In this document: positions 41,501-54,409 of the stretch, piece after piece | Numbering within the stretch: the stretch's first letter is position 1 | Layout: every line of letters begins with the position of its first letter | Source: Felis catus | Lineage: Eukaryota | Direction of reading: 5' to 3' | NCBI RefSeq assembly: GCF_018350175.1 | Contig: NC_058382.1 | Coordinates: 59,584,001-59,648,000, forward strand | Length of the DNA: 64,000 bases | Translations under genes and position numbers: made by a program | Notes under the pieces: generated by a model | Seen by the model: only the letters and a program-made list of their open reading frames with translations | What the model was told of the DNA's origin: nothing | Database searches by the model: none

Positions 41501-43214
41501 CTAGAGCCGTGTGGGTCTTGATCTTGGGGTCGTAGGTTCAACCCGCCCCCCCCCCCACGTTGGGCATAGAGTTGGCTTCAAAAAGAAAAAAAGTTAACTG
41601 GGGACACTGGTGTGGGAAAGATGCTTATTTTCCCATAGCTGAAACTGTAGTTACTTTCCTTTTGCTTCGAGTATTTTTAGGTTACTCTAGAAAAATCTGA
41701 ACAAGAGTAGGTGGTAAGAGTAAGGAAAGTGAGATTAATGTGTTCTGATGAATTAGAGGGAATTCACCTGGAATCTGGCCCCTTTTTAAAAGATCCCTTT
41801 AATAGGCATTTTCGCAGAAAAATATCGAGTGCCATTTAGCGGCTACTGCCTTTCCTGGCTCCGGGGCTGACAATTTTCACTTGATTCGTAGCCCAGTAAA
41901 TGAGAGACGTTAATTCTTCGGTGAGAACCTCTTGACGCACTCAGACCAGCCCCAGCGAGCTCGAGCAGTTCTCTCTCTTTCCACGGAGTGAGTTCAGGCT
42001 AATTCAGAACTGAATAGAGCGCCGCTGATACCTTCTACCAGGATGCAGAGGGTTGAAGTGGACCCTCAGGTTCATCCAGAACAACCCCTTCCTTTTGTAG
42101 CTGAAGAAACTGGGTGGGGCCCACAGAGGTGACGATCGTGATCCACCTAGTGGCAGCGTCTGGACTTGCACTCTGTCTGCCGCCCTGTGTTTTCCGTCCT
42201 CCCGGAGGCCGCCGTCGTTTCCAGTACAGGAGATGGGCCAACACGGAGTCGAAAGGCATAGGGTGCCTTTGCACATAGGTGGAAACGTGAGCTTCCAGAA
42301 TTGTATTTGAGCAAAAAATTCTGGATTTGGTCTTCTCAGATGTAAAAGTTTTGCTTTAGCCTCTGGGGTTGCCCCAGTTTATTTAATGACACTGTTCTGC
42401 GATTTAGCAGCGAGCAGGCTTAAGCTTCTCCGTTAATAGCGGAAAAGTTTGCATGTCTCAGGGGACGTGTATGTGTTGGTCTAGAATAACTACTCTAAAA
42501 GGCAGACCTGTAGAGCAAGGTATATGGCAAAACGCAGGTAGCACTCCATGAACTGAAGCTGTACCAGTTGTTGAGGGATTGAATATCTATCACACTTAGG
42601 ATTTATAGACAGATTGGGGACAATATTTATTATGCTTCCATTTCACTCAATGAAATAGTTTTATTTCAAATGCCTTCAGTAGTCTCAAAGCAACTTTGCA
42701 AATACATTGGTAGACTAAGACACTTTAGACTCCTATTCTCCGTTTTTGTTTGTTTGCAAGGCTTATAAGGGTCTTAGAAACAGGAGGAAAGGAATCTGGG
42801 GAAGTATATCTGGATATGCATTTGGAGTAGTATTTATTTCCATTTTACAACTTTAATTTGTTTATTAAATTTGTTTATCATTTTCTGTGTACAAGCCTGA
42901 GCCCTGGGGGAATACAAAGATGACTAGAGGCAGGTCCCTGACTGCTGGGGGCACTCTGTTGAAGACAAATGATAAACAGATCACTACAACATTAAAAAAA
43001 TACTTGAGTAAAAGAATTGCTCATATGTGCCTTTATCTGTGGTGTTGGTAATGTTTTTGTTAAATCTACTGTTAGTCTCTGAAAATAGCTGTCCACTTAA
43101 AAGAGTGAGGCACAGGCATGTACCATATTTGCTGCATTACTCCAGCTCACCCCTGCGTTTTCACTGCAACTGCTCAAGACACTTAAGACATTTCTAGGAG
43201 ACTTTAACACTATG

Positions 43215-43382
43215 TGTTTTCTTTTTCTTTTTTTAAGTTTATTTTTGAGAGAGAATCTCAAGCAGGCTTCACACTGTTAGCATGGAGCCCGATGTGGGGC
43301 TCAAGCTCACAAACCGTGAGATCATGACCTGAGCCGACACCAAGAGTTGGGAGCTTAACCACCTGAGCCCCCCCAGTTCCCC
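43215..43382 (-). mobile_element. Can-SINE (internally shortened)
   Basis: Reverse-complement SINE body. Confidence 0.82.
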
Positions 43383-44119
43383 AGTACTAAGTGTTTTCAC
43401 CTTAAGGAAGTCACTCACCTTCATACTTTGATTTTTCCCACCTTTAGTAAAAAGAATCATTTTTGTCATTTGGGCCATATTTTGGGGCTAAATCAAGATA
43501 AAGAAACTTTTGATACTACAGTATAAAAATTCTGATTTCTGACTTTAAAGTCTCATATTTAGAGCCTATTTTTATTGTTTTTTTTTTTTCCTTTTCCACT
43601 TGCCAAAACAAACCTGTTTCCTTGTATTAAAAAAAAATCTCCCCCTTCTGTCTGAATGTTTCCAATTAAACTTTTACATGTATTAGGATAAGTCTTTAAA
43701 TGTGAAACATATTCCAGGGTAAATTAAAGAATTATCATTCATTTGCTAGAGTGAATTAATTGTGATTTCCTCTAACCTGGAAGAATCTTCTCTGACAGAA
43801 TGGAGGTTTTTGTCATGAAGAGGGTTGATGGCTAAGTCTATATGGTAGAGCACCTTTTCCTGGGGTAAGACAGACAGGGACAGGGCTCGAAGCTGAGAGA
43901 GGCATTGAAGGGGAATCAGAAATAGAGAAGGATTTAAAAGATGATGCCAGGGAGAAAATCCTCCTCCTGTGTCTCCTCTACTCTCACTATTCTAATCACT
44001 GCTTCACTTTGGACCCTGGAGGTGTGGCTTTTCCACACATCGAACTGAATTCAGCTGGCCGTCCTAAAATTAAAAAAAAAATTGTTTTACAGTCATCTCT
44101 CTACACAAAGGGGGTTTCT

Positions 44120-44330
44120 TTCTTTTTTTTAAGTTTATTTATTTTGAGAGAGAGAGAACATGAGCAGGGGAGGAGGGGCAGGGAGAAGGGGGAGGGAGAG
44201 AATCCCAAGCAGGCTGCACACCGTCAGCACAGGGCTCAGTCAGGGCTCGATTTCACAAATCACAAGATCATGACCTGAGCAGAGATCAAGAATAGTGCTC
44301 AACCAACTGAGCCACCCAAGCAGTCCCATA
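44120..44330 (-). mobile_element. Can-SINE
   Basis: Reverse-complement SINE body. Confidence 0.85.
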
Positions 44331-44379
44331 CCCAGTGTGGGGTTTGAACTCAAGATCAGGAGTCGGATGCTCAACTGAT

Positions 44380-45240
44380 GGGTGGCTGTCCTACAGTTTA
44401 ACTCAGTACTAACTCTTTACCTGGTGATAGCTTCAGATCCAACAAGTTGATAAGAGTTAAGTCCCAAAATATTGCCCCTCCCCACCACGCCCAAACACTA
44501 ATTCCAAGTTCAGCTTGTTAATCTGTGCTTCTGACCACTGGCTGGAAATCAGAGGTTCCCATAACCGCCCCCCACCAACCGTGTTTAATTAAATTGCTGG
44601 AGTGGCTTGCAGGAAAGCTGTTTATTTACTAGATTACTGGATTATTACAAAGGATATTAAAGTACACAAAAGAACAGCCTCATGAAAAGTACTGGGGTGA
44701 GTTCTGGAAGAGTCCTGAGTGCAGGAGCTTTTGTCCCCGGGGAGTTTGGTATTCTCCCAGCACCCAGAAGTTCTGAGCCCCATCCTTTTGGGTATTTACG
44801 GAGATTTAATTACATGGGCCTGACTGGTTAAATCATTGGCCATTAATGATTAGTTCATCCTCCGAATACCTTTCCCATCCCTTGTTGTTGGGGTAGGTCT
44901 GAAAGTTTCAAACCTCAAGTCACTGTTCTTTCCCCTGGCAGCCAGTCTCCCATCCTTAGGAGCTTTCCAAAAGTCACCACATTAACACAAACCTCAGACA
45001 TGGTTGTTTGGAGTTTGTTATGGAGAAACAAAAGATGCCCTTATCAATATCACTATTCTTGTTTAGAAAATTCCAGTCTCCCATCCTTAGGAGCTTTCCA
45101 AAAATCACCACATTAACACAAACCTCAGAAATGGTTGTTTGGAGTTTGTTATGGAGAAACAAAAGATGCCCTTATCAATATCACTATTCTTGTTTAGAAA
45201 ATTCCAAGGGTTTTGGACCAGATACATCAGTCAGAATATT
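44380..45240. mobile_element. MER21-like LTR fragment
   Basis: tgtcctaca...gcttctgaccactggct...ggttcccataacc...aaggatatta...ttaaatcattggccatt...ctgaaagttt resembles MER21 LTRs; assignment from memory. Confidence 0.6.
44942..45203 (+). repeat. 131-bp direct tandem duplication (2 copies)
   Basis: 44942-45072 and 45073-45203; 2 mismatches seen. Confidence 0.95.
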
Positions 45241-45289
45241 ATAGATGGGAACCACTAGGTTAAGCTTACTATTAACAGTACCTAAGAAA

Positions 45290-45485
45290 CAAAACAGGTT
45301 AACATAGAGGAAGGGATGGATGAATAAGATAAACAGGCAAATCATAAGAGATTTAAATACAGAAAACAAAATGAGGGTTGCTAGAGGGGTGTCAGGTCAG
45401 GGTTGGGCTAAATGGGCGATGGGCATTAAGGAGGGTACTTGGGGTGAGCACTGGGTGTTATATGTAAGTGACAAAGCACTAAATT
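45290..45485 (+). mobile_element. Carnivore L1 3' UTR fragment
   Basis: gagaacaaactgagggttg-like and atgggcattaaggagggtacttg...gagcactgggtgttatatgtaagtga motifs. Confidence 0.7.
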
Positions 45486-46303
45486 TGCAGTCTTTAAGTA
45501 GACGTGTTTATGTTTAGTGATTTATCTTAGAAGCTGTTTTAGAAATTTTGGGTGGGAAAATAGAAATAGAACCTAAACGTTCATAATTTGAACATGGGAA
45601 TTATTTCAGTCATTTTAGTAAATTTTTTTGAAATTCAAAAAAAGTTGGTAATAGTAGTATATACATTTATATAGGTCATAGCATCTTTTTTTCAAAGTTA
45701 CCAGGATTTCTCAGGAAGCCCATGATATTGATCATTTACATAAGTGATTATATTAAGGGGGAGAATAGAGATTGTCAAAAAACTAGTATTCAACAGTAGA
45801 CTTTGTGCTTTGAACTTTTAGGTAAAGGGAGGGGTGGGCACTGAGTGAAACTGTTTAAAAGTCAAATAGGAAATTCCTTTTACCCATATCTATTTTGGGC
45901 ATTTTCTTTCCTTTTAAGGACTATATCATTGAAAAGCAGGAAGTGATAAGGGAAAATTGTATTGGAGAGCCTATGGTTGATCATGGATTTCTGTACCAAC
46001 TTAAACTATGGAAAATGCACAAAAATTGACAGGTGGTGGGAGTCCTTGGAGGAAAGATTGGTAATACCGTGCAGTCAGTCTGCTGATTGTATTTGACTGA
46101 GCCTGGGGTCCCAAACCCTTGAAACTAGGAATTCTGTACTCTTGGTCTTAGGCTAGGTCTTAGGGGCATTTGGCCTTACATGTCAGTTTACCAGGTATGA
46201 AATGCCAGTGTTTGGTTCTTCTGAGTTCCAGGAAAGATACCCTTACTGCTCTACTCTGCCACAGCTAGGGATAGGTGAATTCACATATGGAAACCACCAG
46301 TGA

Positions 46304-46456
<153 letters not shown>

Positions 46457-47009
46457 TAATAACGTATGCAGACGGGAGCACTGCTTAAGTACTTTGGTAC
46501 AACACTGCTGTGTGCAACCATGTGACAGGGGTTTCTACAAAAATCCTGACCAATAGCCCCCAGTGTCAGCTTCATGACCTAGAATTGAGATCACTTAATA
46601 CACAGCTGTTTCATCTAACCCCATTGTTTCCTCCTGAGTCTGAGTTTGCTACCTTAATGTTACACACTTCACAAGTCAAATATATTTATTTGGGGGAAAT
46701 GAATAGAGGGGCTAGAACTGGTAGTCTTTTATGAGTGGAAGGAAGTATCCACTGTCTGCTAAAGGAAGCTGAGTACTGCGGTTGGAAAATCAGTCCTCAG
46801 GATTTAAACGTGACTGCACATTCCAGGATGTCTTTTGACGCCCCAGAGAAGTCTCTTGTATTTGGCTTCTTCGCAGGAAATGGAGGAAAAACACTGCTCT
46901 TTCTTGTCACGTGTAGGTGCCTCAGATGCTTTTTGGTGTGCCCAGGAACCCACATCCTCTGCCCCAAATCCTTTGCTGGCAGACCCTAGAAAAGGTTTCT
47001 GCCTGAGGC

Positions 47010-47200
47010 ACAAGGTGTAGTGGGTAAGAGGAACTCCAGGTTTCAGACAGAGGCTGAGTTCAGGCCTTAGGTTCAAGGTTACTAAGTGATTTTGAGCTAG
47101 TTACTAAAATTCTGAAAGGTGCTGCTACATCTTTATCTGTAAAACGGGAAGAGAATCCCATCCCATGTAGTTGTCGGAAAGATTTGCGTAATTCTGTGTA
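47010..47200 (+). mobile_element. MIR fragment
   Basis: gtgtagtgg...ctgagttca...ttactaa...atctgtaaaacggga core-like sequence. Confidence 0.55.
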
Positions 47201-48319
47201 CGTGGTTGTCACCTCCTACAAATTCTATAGACCCCTGAGAAACTCCACTGTTAAAAGCTCTGTGGCAGCTTTCGTGTTTGGCTTTGTGACATGTGATCTC
47301 ATGCCAAACTGAGGGGAGAGAAAAGATCCAGGGAGGTGGGGCTGTAAGGTACACAGAAAAGAGAAGACGGGTCTGCCCAGCAGTTTCCCAACTGTGGGGT
47401 CCTACAGTAAAAAACAGTCTGTTTTCCTTGGCCTGCTTAGAAATTTCAGTCTGTCCTGGTACTTGGTCAACATGTGGCCTGGGGGATTTAACTGTAAGGT
47501 TATCTTCACTTTGAATACCTGCTGTTTTATCTGCTAGCAGGTGCTAGCTGTTGGAAACAAACAGCCCAGTAGTCTGCCAGGGTTTGTTCCACAGCCTCCT
47601 TTTGAAACGCAGATATCTGCACGTTAGCAGTCCTTTCTGGGTTTTTGCAGAAATCATGTACTCATATTTCCCCGTTCGTGCTTGTGATCCCCTGAACAAG
47701 TCTGAGAACCACTGTCACAGGCACTGCTTGTTGAGAATCGGATGGAAGGACCGAAGGCAGAAGCAGCTCCACCGGCAGTCTGGTCTCCACTCCTTGAGGG
47801 CGGCTGTGTCCTCCACGCTTCTGCCCACGGTGGCCGCCTAAGTGCAGCACTCAGGAGGGCACTCCTCAGATGCAGCCAGACGCCTTACCCCATGACTCAC
47901 ACACCTTCTCTCCCAGATTAGAAGGGTACAGGAAAAAGGAAAAAGAAGGGACAAGGAAACCAGTCATTTGTAGGTGATGGTTCTCGTGGGGGTGGCCAGT
48001 GCGGGCGAGTCAGGAGCAGCTCGAATAGCTCCTCTCCCCGCAGAGCAGCCTGAGCACCTGAGAGAGAGAGCAGGAGGTGCCCAAGGCCATCCTGTCCTGT
48101 GTCCCCAGGCTGCTGCTGTGTCCTCCTTTAAGGGAAGGGTTCTAAGGTCTTAAGTTTTTCCTCCAGTGCTTCTGCCTCTTCTTGGACCAGGAATTTAAGA
48201 TTTCTGCCTTGCTTCTGATCTCTGCTACTAGTCAAACCCAGGCAAGTGTACTCTATCTACTGATTCTTTCCTGTGGATAATGTTGTGAACACACCCTGTG
48301 GATGAAAGTTCTAGATCTT

Positions 48320-48545
48320 TTTTAAAAAAATTTTTTTTTTTCAATGTTTATCCACTTTTGGGACAGAGAGAGACAGAGCATGAACGGGGGAGGGGCAGAG
48401 AGAGAGGGAGACACAGAATCGGAAACAGGCTCCAGGCTCCGAGCCATCAGCCCAGAGCCCGACGCGGGGCTCGAACTCACGGACCGCGAGACCGTGACCT
48501 GGCTGAAGTCGGACGCTCAACCGACTGCGCCACCCAGGCGCCCCT
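48320..48545 (-). mobile_element. Young SINEC_Fc with 15-bp target-site duplication
   Basis: CpG-intact and near consensus; TSD aaagttctagatctt at 48305-48319 and 48547-48561. Confidence 0.95.
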
Positions 48546-48844
48546 AAAAGTTCTAGATCTTATCAAGGAAGGTGATAACAGTTGGATTTGGCCTTACACA
48601 GAACCTCACGTGGGCTCCCTTACAGCGGAGCCATATACAGACAAGTCTCTTCCCCTTTTCTGAAGAAACATTATGTGACGATTCCCATTCCTGTCTGTCT
48701 CAGCTTCTCGTTGTGGCCGGGTATGGCTGTTTTGCTTTTGTAGTGGCGTAGAACTAGGGGAGAAACTGTTTTTCCTCTATGGAAAGGAAGTATGGCAAGG
48801 AGCTGATGGATTTATTTCAGTTCATGATGTAAAACTATTGACTT

Positions 48845-48995
48845 TTTAAATTTTTTTTTTAACATTTTTAATTTATCTTTGAGACAGATGGAGCACTAGC
48901 CGGAGAGGGGCAGAGAGAGAGGGAGACAGAATCCAAAGCAGGCTCCAGACTCTGAGCTGTCGGCACAGAGCCTGACGCCGGGCTCAAACCCACAA
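48845..48995 (-). mobile_element. 5'-truncated Can-SINE
   Basis: Reverse-complement 3' half, flanked by ttgactttt(t)aaa repeats. Confidence 0.85.
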
Positions 48996-49025
48996 AGATT
49001 CTTGACTTTTAAAACTCATTAAAGA

Positions 49026-49225
49026 GGGGCACCTGGGTGGCTCGGTCACTTGGGTGTCCAACTTTAGCTCAGGTCATGACCTCACAGTTTATGGTTTCAA
49101 ACCCCGCGTCGGGCTCTGTGCTGACAGCTTGGAGCCTGTTTCAGAGTCTATGTCTCCCTCTTTCTTTGCCTCTCCCCTGCTCGCGCTCTTTCAAAAACAA
49201 ACGTTAAAAAAAAATTTTTTTTTAA
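49026..49225 (+). mobile_element. Can-SINE
   Basis: Full SINE, flanked by aactc(a/t)ttaaaga repeats. Confidence 0.9.
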
Positions 49226-49429
49226 CTCTTTAAAGAAATATAGGGAATATTTTGTCAATGTGAAAGAATCTTCAAGTCTTTCTGCACAAAATGTGTTTCC
49301 AGAACCAGTGAATCATTGTCTCTACTTGTCAGGTATTTACTTAAGACTTTTTCCATGTCAAGTAGAGAAACAGGTCTAGTATGAAAAAAACATGAGTGTA
49401 TTACCATAACAAAAAACTTCCACACTTCA

Positions 49430-49858
49430 GGGGGCGCCTGGGTGGCTCAGTCGGTTAAGTGTCTGACTCCTATTTCAGCTTGTGTCATGATCTCATGGTT
49501 CCTGGGATTGAGCCCTGTGTTGTGCGTGTGGACCCCCAATGTGGGGCCTGCTTAGGATTCTCTCTCTCTGCCCCTCCCCTGCTCATGAGAGCTCTCTCAA
49601 AATAAACTTGAAAAAAAAAAGAAAAAAGGTACGGGGCCCCTGAGTGGCTCAGTTGGTTAAATGTCCGACTTTGGTTAAGGTCATGATCTCACAGTTCATG
49701 AGTTTGTGCCCCGAGTCAGGCTCTGTGCAGATGGCTTGGAATCTGGAGCCTGCTTCAGATTCTGTTTCTCTCTCTGTCCCTCCCCTGCTTGTGTTCATTC
49801 TCTTTCTCTCTCTGTCTCTCTCTCTGTCTCTCAAAAATAAATAAAAACATTAAAAAAG
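49430..49858 (+). mobile_element. Two tandem Can-SINEs (about 49430-49628 and 49633-49858)
   Basis: Two SINE heads and two tails. Confidence 0.9.
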
Positions 49859-50276
49859 TTGTTGTAGAAGTACATCTAATTAAAAAAGATCTTACGTATT
49901 TCAGAGGAAATGGTGGTGGTGTCATTGACAGATTCAGAGCTTTACACTTTAAGCTGGCACCTAGCCTCTGTTCTTAGTTTTGTTTTTTTTTTTTTTCTGA
50001 CTAGTTAGTATATTTTCATGGTTCCAAGTAAAAAGAATACATAACTCACCTCCTGGAGGCATCCACTGTGTACTGTGTGTGCCATATTCTGTAAGGGACA
50101 GAGTGTAAGCTGATAAATGATCACTCTTCACGAGAGCGCTATGAGGAAACTAACAAATGTGCCCTTTCTATTTCAGACCCCGTTTAGGTATGTGCCAGTT
50201 ACAACATAGGAGGTATTTTGTCTGTTCTTCATAGTTAATGCTGATCTCAAAATCTCTTTTCTGGCTATTTTTTTAG

Positions 50277-50414
<138 letters not shown>

Positions 50415-50960
50415 TAGCTTCTCATTCTTTATCAGACTTAGATAAATCTTTAGTTTTGTTGTTGTTGTTGTTGTGTTTTGTTTCAAACTTTTATCTTTAG
50501 TTTTGATTAAGATCTCCACAAGCTCAATAAAACCTAAAGACATTTCCTTTCTGAGTTCTTCTCTCTTCCCTGTTGGATCTGCTGTCCTTCTGATTCTTTC
50601 ACCATAACATCTAGTATAGATGTTGTCTCTTGATCAGAAAAATTACAAGTTTTGTACAGCAAAATTAGTAAAAGAATGCAGACTTGGTACAATGGTAATA
50701 TAAACTATCTTGAAGTATTTCTCATACTAGACACTAATGGCTCTTCAGAGAGCATGCTAGTTTAAGACTGGCCTCAGGAATATAGTAAGAATAATCTATC
50801 AAGTATTACCACTAATATATCTTTTGTCAGTGTAATCCTAGGAAATGTCCTGTACTTTATGAGGAGCTTTGAGAGTAATCATCAGTAGGCATACATTTTA
50901 TTTTGCCAGAAGCAGCATGTACAAAATCTTTGTACTTGTGTGTCAGTGGGGGGTGGGTGA

Positions 50961-51197
<237 letters not shown>

Positions 51198-51447
51198 GAC
51201 TAGAAAAATGCATCTGTTCTAGAATTTTTTTAAGCCCTTACCAAGGAAAAAAAAGGGATATTACCAACTGAGATTGATCCATTCATCCAATCACAGACCA
51301 TCAAAAACAGTAGTGTTCCTGCCTAGGAGTTGTAGGAAGTTGTTTTGTGCTACAAGCAGAAAAATGGAGCTCCACATGAGCACATTCAGCTTTGGAAAAA
51401 CCATTATTTAACCTAGGCTGTTTTGTTTTCAAATTTAGAAGTTTAAA

Positions 51448-51453
51448 AATAAA
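51448..51453 (+). terminator. Proximal polyadenylation signal candidate of MAP1LC3B
   Basis: AATAAA about 250 nt after the stop, with U-rich sequence upstream. Confidence 0.55.
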
Positions 51454-52799
51454 ATACTTTGCATTCTAAGTTGCCGATAAAATAGACCTTCACATTATTC
51501 TAATGCTCTTTCCCTATGAGGAACTTGCAACATAAGCATTCAGAGAGAAATTCTTTTCTAGGTTCACAGAACCAGCCAACTTTTTGTAGAAGAGTTTGCA
51601 CTCAACTAGAGAACTCTCTTTAAGAGGATCTTGGAAAGCATAAGTTGTCAAGCATAGCCCCCTTCCCGCCCGCCCACACTGGCCATAATAGTGGGCAAAA
51701 AGCAGGAAAAATTGAGGTGGATAGGAAAACTCTGAACTGCTGCTCAAGGTTCTCGACTCCTAGTGTAGTGTGCCCCAAGTCCATGCCTGTGCAGTGCCAC
51801 TGGGGGGGGGGGGTGTTTCGTTTGCTTCTCTAGACAGTAAAGCACCGCTGCTCAATAAGAACCTTGAATAATTTAAAATTTTGGTCTAGTTTCTCAAAGG
51901 GCCCAGGGAAGAAAAATGGGACATTTCTTCTGGTTTGCATATTCTCTGAGAGGTCAAACTGCCATCTGCTTTGGTAGAGAAACAAGCTGTTCAAGCAGTT
52001 TTGTTCCTTAGGTCAGTGGTAGAAACTACAGAACATGGAAACTAAAGCATTAAAATTCAGATGCACTCCCTCTACCTTTCAGCCTAAAGCTGTAGATGAT
52101 CCATGTTTTATGTTGTGTGTGGCTCTGTTATGAAAAAGTTCCCACATTTTTAAGAGTATTTCAGTTGTCACTGTAGGTCAGAACCGTCCTGGTTCCTCTG
52201 CTCAAAGTGCATGTCAGTTGTGAAAAAAACAGTAACAAAGGAGACATACACTCTTCATGGATATTAATGTCAAAAATTAAACATTTTCTGAATTCAACTA
52301 GAACCACCGATGCTTCCTACTACCTGCATGGGCTCACTATTTACTATTTTTGTGGGAGTAACAGAAAGATCACAGTCGACTTTAGACTGTACGTGTAACA
52401 AGCAGGTTACGTTTCACCTTTGTGTATTTAGACGTGTGTGGAATACCCGGACCTGTTAGTGGAAGTTACTTATTAATGGGGGCGAGGGGGGAGGAATATT
52501 GCTGCATATGGGCGCTTGACTCCCCAGCCTTCCGACCATTCCCACTGCATGCATCTGTCCACGTGGCTAACTTTTAATATGTGTATTTTTACATTATGTA
52601 AATTCTTAATCAGCCTGTCTTGTTTAGATTGTACACATCATTATACCTGACATTCTTGTAACTCCTGTGTGATAAGATTCCTAGAAGAAATTCAGCTTTT
52701 TAAAAAATACCATGTGGGAAGGGCGCGACTTCTACCCCACATTAGTGGGTGGTCACTATAGGATCTCTAAGCCAAGTACATTTTTAATGAACTAAGGTG

Positions 52800-52805
52800 A
52801 ATAAA
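52800..52805 (+). terminator. Distal polyadenylation signal of MAP1LC3B
   Basis: AATAAA at the end of the AT-rich UTR, just before a shift to GC-rich intergenic sequence. Confidence 0.65.
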
Positions 52806-53866
52806 GGCACAACTAAAACCCGTCGCCGAGTTCAGTTTAATGGATCGGTATCCGATACTTGCAGTGGTATAGCGTCCGCGCTATCCCGTGCCAGGCGGGG
52901 AATTTCCTTCCTAACGGCACCGAGGCTGGTTTCGCTGCGGGGGGTGGTGGGGGGCCGGGAGTGGGCAGAGGGGTGCCCGCCTCTGAAGGGCTCTGCCTTG
53001 TCCCAGGCACCTTTCTCACCTCAGTCCAGGTTCTGCCAGCTCGTCTTGTCTTTACCAAACCGGAGTCTCCTGAGAACTAAAAGACCGGCCACAAAGTGTA
53101 CGGATGGATGTGGGACCCAGGTGTTTTGTGGGAATAAACACTTGGAACCCTACCACTCTAAATGAAAAAGTACCCCACAGAAGGTGTTGAGTATGCGCTG
53201 CCTGGTCGAGAAGACATTTCGTGGTTTACGGGCACCTCGTGCTTCATCAGGGAAAGGTGGTACAGACTGCAGCCAAGCAGTGGCCAGCACTCCGCCCTGG
53301 AAAACCTCCACCCGTTCCCAGTCGGAAGCAGGCACCTCAGAGGTTTGTGGAAGAACCCGGGGAGCGAGCTGAGGAAATGCTCTGCTTCCGCGATTGTACT
53401 GCTCAGGCGCGCACATCCCCCTTCAGAGGCCCCTCTCTCTTCCGAACGGCGAGTCGGGGAGGCTGCCGCCAGCTACAAGGATGGGCCAGTGGTCTCTCCT
53501 GACGGAGGCCCCGAGCCACGTGCGCACCTTTCTCTGGGCAGCCTCAGGCCCGACGAGACCAAGAGGCCCTGGGGACCTCTGCTGGGGAGTGTGGCACTGC
53601 TCGGGGCAGTGCAGTCCCGGGCCAGCTTGTGCTCACTAGACCGCCACTGTCCCCAATCCAGAGAGGACAGAGCTTTAAATGCCAGGACACGTTCGTGCCG
53701 TGTGTAAATCACACGTTTACAAAAGTCTCAAGTATCCTCGACATCTATCTGTTCCTGCCAATCTTGATTTCTCATGGAACCTCTTTAAACCCCAAATCAA
53801 GAGTAACTTTTCTGTTCAAGGCAAGGATGTTTTTAAAAAGTGGGAAATGATAGACAATGGACTTAA

Positions 53867-54275
53867 GGGGCACCTGGGTAGCTTAGTCAGTTGAGCGTCT
53901 GACTCTCGATTTCAGCTCGGGTCATGATCCCAGGGTCGGATTGAGCCCCACGATGCGGTCCAGGCTGAGCATGGAACCTCCTTGGGATTCTTTTGCCCTT
54001 GACCCTCTCCCCTGTTCACAAGTTCTCTCTCGAAAAGAAAATCAGTTTTTAGAAAATGGATTTGGGCAGCTGGGTGGCTCGGTTGGGCGTCTGACTCCGG
54101 CTCAGGTCATGATCTCACGGTTTGGGAGTTCGAGCCCCGCCTGGGAGCCTGGAGCCTGCTTCGGATTCTGTGTCTCCCTCTTTCTCTCTGCCCCTCGCCC
54201 ACTCACGGTCTGCCTCTGTCTCAGAAATGAATAAACGTTACAAAACTTACAGAAAAATTTAAAAAAAATTTTTTA
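53867..54275 (+). mobile_element. Two Can-SINEs between the convergent 3' ends (about 53867-54040 and 54064-54275)
   Basis: SINE heads ggggcacctgggtagcttag and gggcagctgggtggctcgg. Confidence 0.85.
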
Positions 54276-54409
54276 AATGGATTTAAGACCACGTATCTCT
54301 TGTCAAATTGAGAAGGCAAGGTTTGACTCCCTAGTTTGGAGATCAAGAATTTCGATTTATTCAAAAAGATGTGTGCTCCATTTTCTATGAAACAAAGGCC
54401 TAATAAAAT

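Larger units (their letters stand above)
51198..52830 (+). other. MAP1LC3B: MAP1LC3B 3' UTR (approximate) with proximal and distal AATAAA
   Basis: Follows the TAA; AATAAA at 51448-51453 and 52800-52805; repeat-free. The end position is inferred. Confidence 0.7.

Noticed and set aside
53162..53707. 181-aa ATG ORF downstream of MAP1LC3B
   Set aside because: No recognisable homology, promoter or splice structure; a tblastn conservation test would be needed to revive it.
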